This document shows, piece by piece, positions 59,501 to 64,000 of a stretch of 64,000 nucleotides of DNA. The notes below the pieces were generated by a model, which was given only the letters and a program-made list of their open reading frames with translations, was not told the DNA's origin and did no database searches. This DNA is from Nannocystales bacterium (lineage in GTDB: Bacteria > Myxococcota_A > Polyangia > Nannocystales > Nannocystaceae). Numbering within the stretch: the stretch's first letter is position 1; every line of letters starts with the position of its first letter. The translations under genes and the position numbers were made by a program. The DNA is taken from assembly GCA_050633305.1 (NCBI GenBank), contig JBOEGF010000001.1, positions 172,527 to 236,526 of the forward strand. The letters are read 5' to 3'.

Positions 59501-62500
59501 TTCGCCAGCATCGGCGTAGCCGAATCGTTCTTCGTGAACCTTGAGCAGCTCGTCCCACAGTTTGTGGGTTGTTGCGGTCTCTCGCAGCTTGCGCGTCAGG
59601 TCGCGGTCGAATGGGGAGAATGCGAGCGCTTGGCGGAGGTACTCGATCGCTCGCGACGGGTGGCTGATGCGCTCTTCGGCGATCTCGGCCATTGCCTCGA
59701 GTGTGCTTGTACGCAGCGGAATCTCCTGCGCGAGCGCCAAGCGCCGGGAGAGGGTGGTGAGCGCAGACTCGGGCTCGTCGACTTCGAGCTGGAGCTCGCT
59801 CAGCGTCCACAAGGCGTCGGTGTCTCCCGAGAACTCCTCGACGAACCGCGCGTAGACCCCCAGCGCAGCCCGGGTGTCCTCCAGCTTGGAGCGCCAGGTG
59901 TCGCTGATCTGCAGATACAGCCGGCGTCGTTCGTCGGGGTCGTCGGCGGAGAGGAGCAGAACTTCGGCCTGCTCCACGACCTTGTTCCACTGTGCCGAGC
60001 GCTCGAAGAGCTCGAGCATGGTGCTCGAAACCTCGCGGTTGCCCACCGCCGGCCCCTCGTCGAGCGACTCCAACAAGGCGACGGCGGCCCGTGCATCGTC
60101 GAGCTGCTCAGAAAGGAGCTCTGTGCGCTCCCAAGCCACCCGGAACTCATCCTCCTCGGTCTCTGCGAGCTCTTGGAGCTTGCCCAAGACGGCGACGAGC
60201 GCCTGCCAGGTCTCGTCGCGCCGATACAGACGCACGAGTGCCTCGAGCGCGCCTCTGTGGTCGGGGCGAGAGCGAAGCACGGCTTCGAAGCTGGACCGGG
60301 CCAGCTCGGGGTCGTCCAGATGGCTCTCGGCGAGCAGACCCAGGCGAAGCAGGTAGTCGATCTGGCGGGGCAGGGGAGTGGATGTGCCGTTGGCCCCCTT
60401 CTGCAGCAGGGTGCCGAGCTCCTCGTATCGACCGGAGCGCTCGTAGAGGAAGATGCGCTTGTCGAGGACTTCGAGCCCAGGCTGCGCGTCTCCGATATCG
60501 GTCCACAGCCGGGCGGCGCGGTCGTCATCGCCGAGCGCATGTTCGGCGAGCCGAGCCATCCGGCGCATGATCTTCAGCCGGGCTTCGGCGGAGCCGGTCT
60601 GCTCGAGCTCGCGTTCGAGGACCTCGTAGAGCGTCTCGTGCTGGTCTTGCTCTTCGAGGACCTGCTGCAGACGGGCCATCGCTTCGCGGTCACCCGGGGT
60701 CTGGTGCAGGATCTCTTCGCATGCCCAGATCGCTTCGTCCGGGGATTCGAGTTCGTGGTGCCACAGCTCGGCGAGCCGTCGGAGCAGCGAGATTCGCTCG
60801 GTGTTGCTCCGAGAGCGCTCGTACTGGTCGCGAAGCATCTCGACGACCTGCTCGAAGTCGCCGGCGCGGTCGTAGAGCGCCGTGAGGGCACGGGTGGCCT
60901 GGACGTCGTTGGGGGAGAGCTCGAGGATCTCGTTGTAGAGTTCGATGGCGCGGTCCGGGTTGACCTGTCGGTCTCGGTACACTTGCGTGAGTCGCTTGAG
61001 GATGTCCAGGCGCTTGCGCGGGTCGACCGCTCTCTCGAGCTCGGCTTCCTGAACCCGCACCATGTTGTCCCACATGCGCGCGCGTTTCTCGATGCGAGCG
61101 ATGTGCTTCTGGGGACGAGGGTCGCTGGGGTACTCCGCCGTCATGCGACCCCAGGCATCGAGCGCACCATCGATGTCGCCCAGACGTCGCTCGCAGATGT
61201 CGGCGAGTTCGACGAACTCCTCGGCAAACGCGGGGTCGGCCAGCGGAGAGTGCTGGTCCTCGTACTCGCCCGCCTGCTGGATCTGGTACAGGAGCAGGTC
61301 GCGCAGGTGCGACCAGTTGTGCTTGCGTCGCCAGTGCTCCTTGTATCCCTCGAACGCGACGCCGTTGAAGGGTTCCCGCTCGAGGACCTTGTAGTAGTAG
61401 AGCGCGGCCCGCTCATCGAGGCCGAGCTCGTCCCGGTAGACGGTGGCCGCGCGCTGGAGCGTCTCGGTGGGAATCTCCTCAGGGGCGTGGTCGAGCTGCG
61501 CGTCGAACAGCGTGGCGAGGGCGTGGAAGTCCTTCGACGACTCGTAGATGTCGCGGAGTCGATGCCAGGACTCTGCCTCGGGCGCCTGGTAGCGACTGGC
61601 TTCTTCGTAGAGTTGCCGGGCCTCTTCCCGTCGATGCAGTCGCTCTTCGAGGAGTTCGGCCCGTCGCAGCAGCAGGGGAACCGAGTCCTCTCCGTCGAAG
61701 TGGTAGAGCCACTCTCGGTACAGCTCGTCGAGGGCGAGCCAGTCCTCGGCGTCGATCAGTGTGTTCTCCAGAGCTGCCGACGCTTGGCGATGCTCGGGCA
61801 TCAACGTAAGGCAGCGACGAAGGAGCTTGAGCGCCCGATCTTTCGCGCCGCGGCGACGGGCGATTTCTGCGGCCTTGTAGAAAATGTCGGCGGCCTTGGT
61901 GACCCCGTCGTCATCGGACTTGCCCGAGGACAGGTAGAGCGAGCCGAAGGCCTGCAGGGCCTCGACGTCGTCGGGGACAGCTTTGAGTGCAGCTTGCAGG
62001 TGCCGCGCGGCTGCGGCGACGTCGCTGTTGTGCTCGAACTCGATGGTCGCAAGCCGACGGTGGTACTCGGCGATTCTGTGTCGGTCTCGCGTGACGTCGA
62101 GCCGCTCGACGACGCTGAGCATCAGCTCGGTGCAACGCTGCCAGGCCCCGGACTGACGGTACAATGCGATGAGCCGCTCGCTGGCGGCCATGTTTGTCCG
62201 GTCCAGCAGCAGCGCTTGCTCGTAGTGTTGGACGGCCTCGCCGATCGCGAGGAACTGCTTCTCGAGCAGCTCGGCGAGTTCGAGGTGGTGTCCGGCAGCT
62301 TCTCGGGACGTCGGCGTGCTGGCGAGCCGCCATCGAAGCAAGGTGACGAGTTCTCGATACGCGCCGAGGGTTTCGTAGAGTTTTCGCAGTCGGGCCTGCG
62401 CACGAACGTCGTCGGGCTTGAGCTGTACGGCGCGCGCGAGGACGGCTGCGGCCGTCTCCCGATCTTTCACCCGCTCGAGCCAGAGCTCATACGACTGTAG

Positions 62501-62788
62501 ACACAGCTCGGCGGCTTTGTGCCGCTGGGTGGGTGTGTCCTGGAGCTCCGCGGCGTAGACGACCAATACGGTCGCGAGCGCACGCCAGTCTTCCGCGTCA
62601 CGATACTCACGACGCAGCGATGCGAACGCGGGTTCCGTCGGCGCGGCGCGAAACTCGGTGAGCTCTGCAGGCTCCGTCGGATAACGCACCGGCAGCGCGC
62701 TTGGAAGGGAGACCGCTGGCGGTGGGACGGTGTCCTCATGGCCAGCTGGAGGGTGCTGCGCTGCAACGTCCGACATCGACGATCCCAC
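53531..62788 (-). CDS. Giant (3085 aa) TPR/alpha-solenoid protein
   Basis: Uninterrupted ORF with dozens of A...Y/W...L...P....A...L..LY....W..L repeats typical of large myxobacterial TPR proteins. Confidence 0.9.
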   Translation of the reverse strand: MGSSMSDVAAQHPPAGHEDTVPPPAVSLPSALPVRYPTEPAELTEFRAAPTEPAFASLRREYRDAEDWRALATVLVVYAAELQDTPTQRHKAAELCLQSYELWLERVKDRETAAAVLARAVQLKPDDVRAQARLRKLYETLGAYRELVTLLRWRLASTPTSREAAGHHLELAELLEKQFLAIGEAVQHYEQALLLDRTNMAASERLIALYRQSGAWQRCTELMLSVVERLDVTRDRHRIAEYHRRLATIEFEHNSDVAAAARHLQAALKAVPDDVEALQAFGSLYLSSGKSDDDGVTKAADIFYKAAEIARRRGAKDRALKLLRRCLTLMPEHRQASAALENTLIDAEDWLALDELYREWLYHFDGEDSVPLLLRRAELLEERLHRREEARQLYEEASRYQAPEAESWHRLRDIYESSKDFHALATLFDAQLDHAPEEIPTETLQRAATVYRDELGLDERAALYYYKVLEREPFNGVAFEGYKEHWRRKHNWSHLRDLLLYQIQQAGEYEDQHSPLADPAFAEEFVELADICERRLGDIDGALDAWGRMTAEYPSDPRPQKHIARIEKRARMWDNMVRVQEAELERAVDPRKRLDILKRLTQVYRDRQVNPDRAIELYNEILELSPNDVQATRALTALYDRAGDFEQVVEMLRDQYERSRSNTERISLLRRLAELWHHELESPDEAIWACEEILHQTPGDREAMARLQQVLEEQDQHETLYEVLERELEQTGSAEARLKIMRRMARLAEHALGDDDRAARLWTDIGDAQPGLEVLDKRIFLYERSGRYEELGTLLQKGANGTSTPLPRQIDYLLRLGLLAESHLDDPELARSSFEAVLRSRPDHRGALEALVRLYRRDETWQALVAVLGKLQELAETEEDEFRVAWERTELLSEQLDDARAAVALLESLDEGPAVGNREVSSTMLELFERSAQWNKVVEQAEVLLLSADDPDERRRLYLQISDTWRSKLEDTRAALGVYARFVEEFSGDTDALWTLSELQLEVDEPESALTTLSRRLALAQEIPLRTSTLEAMAEIAEERISHPSRAIEYLRQALAFSPFDRDLTRKLRETATTHKLWDELLKVHEERFGYADAGERLELQIEVATEAAEVAEDKLGAPPNAFDWASKGYFVAIGHELPASDLLDRLERLAESYSLWDSLVAVIEQEIAHYEERGAVHSGSYNAVARFLDASTIAEDHLEDPQRAVGFLQRAHRLSPRDESLSKRLEDTARRYGLWQAVIELHGGMLERTVTDLGRFDACIAIAKVYEEELSDAEQAFGWYEKAVRDLSASDGGLSQDAFERMRELAVRHGLWRSLAKHHLDTATLRDEADDVPGRIDALREASTVFYEHLADPLAACRVLSVALSADPFQTQLLDDIRELTTEVDDKRSGDLPAIGALTLLGVLQHQYLELTDPDARTDLLVERARVREERLGDFNGAMAEWFRVLHRDADNDEALVEAERIAEENDLWSAFLVQPAHRLEQARAPLERRTQYKRLARLYEGPMQRPEYALRARLAAWRLDPVLPPREGELDSDQQAIWRLAEQTGAYSRPPVPRDALLTPVLMAPEYRDLQRWHGAGLDPRALEALPDPFAPKVEIAAPGSIPEEHTEEVSVSTLAPVPPDDAAEAPPAGSGSTSSGTDPAIVTPGIPVAVAQVDPATTTELDIEELDIEELDIEDLVDEEGTIASTSGASAPAQPDSTRAQAVAAPKPPPPPRSPSVGLPPVPKLTRPVLPARPKVHSAWEEVALAYADVPTEGRDDQSSVALVMARLWEEGAEDIERAFAAHERALVWVPEDEVALESLRSLSERHAAVDRLQKAYEYLLSEAALPDHLVAMGMRLARLHESRDDDPQAEASFRQVLQISPTDRDALRSLCRIYEAAERWPEYVVVFSDLLETENEELDAQERIDRTLELAAILAEQLGRKDAAIERLELLVRQHGGEQRLHDAYIDLLTEARRWQPAIEAMRVAADLVGDDEYRLANLARVAVIYEQKLGLPDRAISSWAEIAEHHDDAEALANLQKLYLETSQYEPALPIIERRLSVLERDPDADKDARITLLVAKARVLQEGLGDDAEATQTLEQLLEEAPGNDDVALGLSRLYRKQGRLQDGIDLLRKRWESAEVRDTDRYIDLTRALATVLDEEGHDPSDALAVIETALESSPNEGRLLIKKVLYARAVHDQAKLGQGLEALGTPAELLEAADLYRSALGDGAHALRLYSRVLAESKKQTDDPVATRFLAASLEGLVQLRVEDGDIHGALEFMDGQLAEVTGPTIRAQLLTDMGRITYRSTRDVNAARERFDAALREDPEFARAMVGKAEVLFDSGAVGEAQRLLTDAVDALSLGASKDSQDLVEALVLLAKVLEDAGRAGEAYRRLTAAARHDSDNLEIRAAIARNRLGASRHRDVVTTADQVEQQLAEGIERSDANNRLISTIFTLAATAELELRQPDAALDRYRRAIDIDPTHAEALEPLITLCQERGHLLDAARYAATFARQSSDPMVRGRACLEAGMLFHDAASALADGADLGESLTEADLRKAAFENLRRGLELAEQDDSLVLERDQLEVAYRACAEHDPATALRCLMGLLAHPDIDRTHRLDLLLEGVRLSLSADELDTAQAFSEDARALAPTSAEAVLAQARVLEASDRADELEPLVETYFAALDEEDDTIDDAGVRVELLLRLAELQEGHPEKAVNALERASALDPEALDISDRIHLASMYAQAGITGTKVLTNHSKLLEYDPLHQPALEGLANHYARVERLDLAHSLYDVLRLVDPDHAEAKDFFAQYHETGGGLDEPAELPVTVDIPKGAGIGAALELLAEGGHTVLAEHLPRLDVPADARVSPVGDSTLSQCWSETLKLLQKSKVALVDARRVTHDAADTPDGVVHSGYFEVRWQQPPVILATERALESDDHDALSFALGRAIYFTKPQAMFATGLRRDRLAYLLSATLQAFHPRHGRRKHHQSAEHPVSKLAQELARKLPMKTARKITAEYKEHSDDPFSTAQWRSAIARNGNRVGLAVCGNLRAAVTVLAPQAGHGSSLRQAVRGSEELRDLIAFACTKTYAAARAQLGFGVEARPESDPPS
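57756..57800 (-). repeat. In-frame 15-bp tandem repeat x3 (LDIEE) in the TPR gene linker
   Basis: TCTTCGATATCGAGT twice, then TCTTCAATGTCGAGC; encodes ELDIEELDIEELDIED. Confidence 0.85.
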
Positions 62789-62917
62789 GCCAGAGAGCGA
62801 CCAAGCCCCCGGTTCGCGTTCGTCCTGACGGTATCATGAACACGCACACGCTCGGGGCGTGCTGCGGCCACGTCACGACACTGGAGGTCCGAGCAGTCGG
62901 GGGCCGACGCGGTGGCT

Positions 62918-63670
62918 TCAGGCGAGGCTGAGGACGTAGACGTCGTACAGCGCGTGGGTCCATGCCGCCACCGCGAACCCCCGGGTTTGGTAGATGAGCG
63001 CAAAGAAAACGCCGGCGAGCCCTCGGTACACGAACGCAGCAAACGTGAACGCCTCACCGGATGGGCCGATGTGGTGGGCGAGCGAGAACAGGACCGAGGA
63101 GACAGCCAGCGCGATGAGCCAGGCGCGTCGCTTCCCGGTGAGTCCGGTCAGGAGCCAGGCGAGTCCGCCCATCAGCATGACACGGAAGATGAGTTCTTCG
63201 TGGAAGCCCGCGCCCGCCGAGATGACGATGATGTCGACGGGGTTCTTGACGCCGATGAACAAGCCTGGGAGCACGCCCAGGAAGCTGCGCATCACGAACA
63301 AGATGATGGACCCCATGATGAGGGCGTAGAGGCTGGACTCGAGCAGCATCGGTCCGAACGCTTGGGGCGAGAACGAGCCCCTCCTTCGGAGCAGCACGAG
63401 TACCGCCGCGTACACGACGAGCAGAACTGACATCGCGATCAGGTAGTTCGTGACGTCTTTGTGCCCCAGCTCGATCAGCGTCCGGGTCAGGAAGTCGACA
63501 CCGTTCTGACCGCGGCCGCTGAGAATACCGATCTGGTAGACGAGGAACAGCGGGAAGACCAGAACTGCGCTGGTCAGACCGTCGAGTCGGCCCCCAAGGT
63601 ACCGCCACAGGGGGCTACGAGGCGCCGGGCTTTCGTCGGAGTCCGCCATGACCGGAGAAGATTGGGCCAT
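62918..63670 (-). CDS. CPBP (Abi/CAAX type II) intramembrane metalloprotease
   Basis: HEELIFR, FSLAHH, HALYD motifs; multiple TMs. Confidence 0.9.
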   Translation of the reverse strand: MAQSSPVMADSDESPAPRSPLWRYLGGRLDGLTSAVLVFPLFLVYQIGILSGRGQNGVDFLTRTLIELGHKDVTNYLIAMSVLLVVYAAVLVLLRRRGSFSPQAFGPMLLESSLYALIMGSIILFVMRSFLGVLPGLFIGVKNPVDIIVISAGAGFHEELIFRVMLMGGLAWLLTGLTGKRRAWLIALAVSSVLFSLAHHIGPSGEAFTFAAFVYRGLAGVFFALIYQTRGFAVAAWTHALYDVYVLSLA

Positions 63671-63774
63671 CCCATCAGATCAGGCAAGGCGCGGGACGCG
63701 ACCAGCTGGGTGGGCTGGGCCTCGTCTCGCGCCTCGTTCAAGCGCCTGTGACCATGTTCGTGGCCCGGTGGCAG

Positions 63775-64000
63775 CTACTTCTTTGTTCGCCGCGCGGGCT
63801 TCTTGGCGGCCTTCTTGGCGGTGGGCTTCTTGGCAGGAGCCTTTTTCGCGGTCTTCTTGGCAGCGGGCTTCTTTGCAGGAGCCTTCTTGGCAGCTGGTTT
63901 CTTCGCCGGTGCCTTCTTGGAGGCCTTTTTCGCGATCTTTTTCGCGGCGGGCTTCTTGGCGGGAGCCTTCCTGGTCGTCTTCTTGGCGGCGGGCTTCTTG
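63775..64000 (-). CDS. Partial (3' end) protein with histone H1-like KKAPA/KKPAA tail
   Basis: Minus strand reads ...KKPAAKKTTRKAPAKKPAAKKIAKKASKKAPAKK...KKPARRTKK* with TAG at 63775-63777. Confidence 0.85.
   Translation of the reverse strand, partial: KKPAAKKTTRKAPAKKPAAKKIAKKASKKAPAKKPAAKKAPAKKPAAKKTAKKAPAKKPTAKKAAKKPARRTKK

Noticed and set aside
59195..62500. 1101-aa ORF on the + strand
   Set aside because: Antisense shadow of the giant TPR gene. GC3-biased genes often lack stops on the opposite strand, and the translation has no recognisable motifs.
62918..63670. Abi-family name suggesting abortive-infection defence
   Set aside because: The motifs are those of CPBP intramembrane proteases; the Abi label is historical and there is no defence-island context.

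Overview
GC-rich chromosomal segment, most likely from a myxobacterium. Evidence: two MYXO-CTERM-type C-termini, a Myxococcus-type Cys-rich repeat, zinc-ribbon/GYF and giant TPR proteins, and many lipoproteins with Thr/Ser/Gly/Asp-rich linkers. The linkers suggest Nannocystaceae, which is inference only. The window holds about 57 genes: housekeeping (pyrE, tRNA-His, queF, moeA, tatA, smpB, rlmH, rsfS, pilD, an RluA-family synthase), signalling (OmpR/HK pair, RpoH-like sigma, PP2C phosphatase, two PilZ proteins), envelope functions (Tat amidase, MltD-like LysM transglycosylase, LysM-MepA, two LolC/E-like permeases, OmpA-domain protein, GT-C-like protein) and many lineage-specific lipoproteins. 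I saw no integrase, transposase, CRISPR array or recognisable defence system. The best candidate for an undescribed system is a tightly coupled rsfS-rlmH-comF-smpB-hypothetical-Ycf46-like AAA+-M17 aminopeptidase run, with a Zn-finger/DUF1257-like pair just beyond it. Other leads: a structured leader on the RpoH-like sigma gene, a ~160-bp MITE-like element, an aldo-keto reductase lacking catalytic residues coupled to queF opposite tRNA-His, and a chlorophyllase-like lipoprotein. All family calls come from reading motifs by eye, not from database searches. Several start codons were re-chosen from the longest-ORF track.
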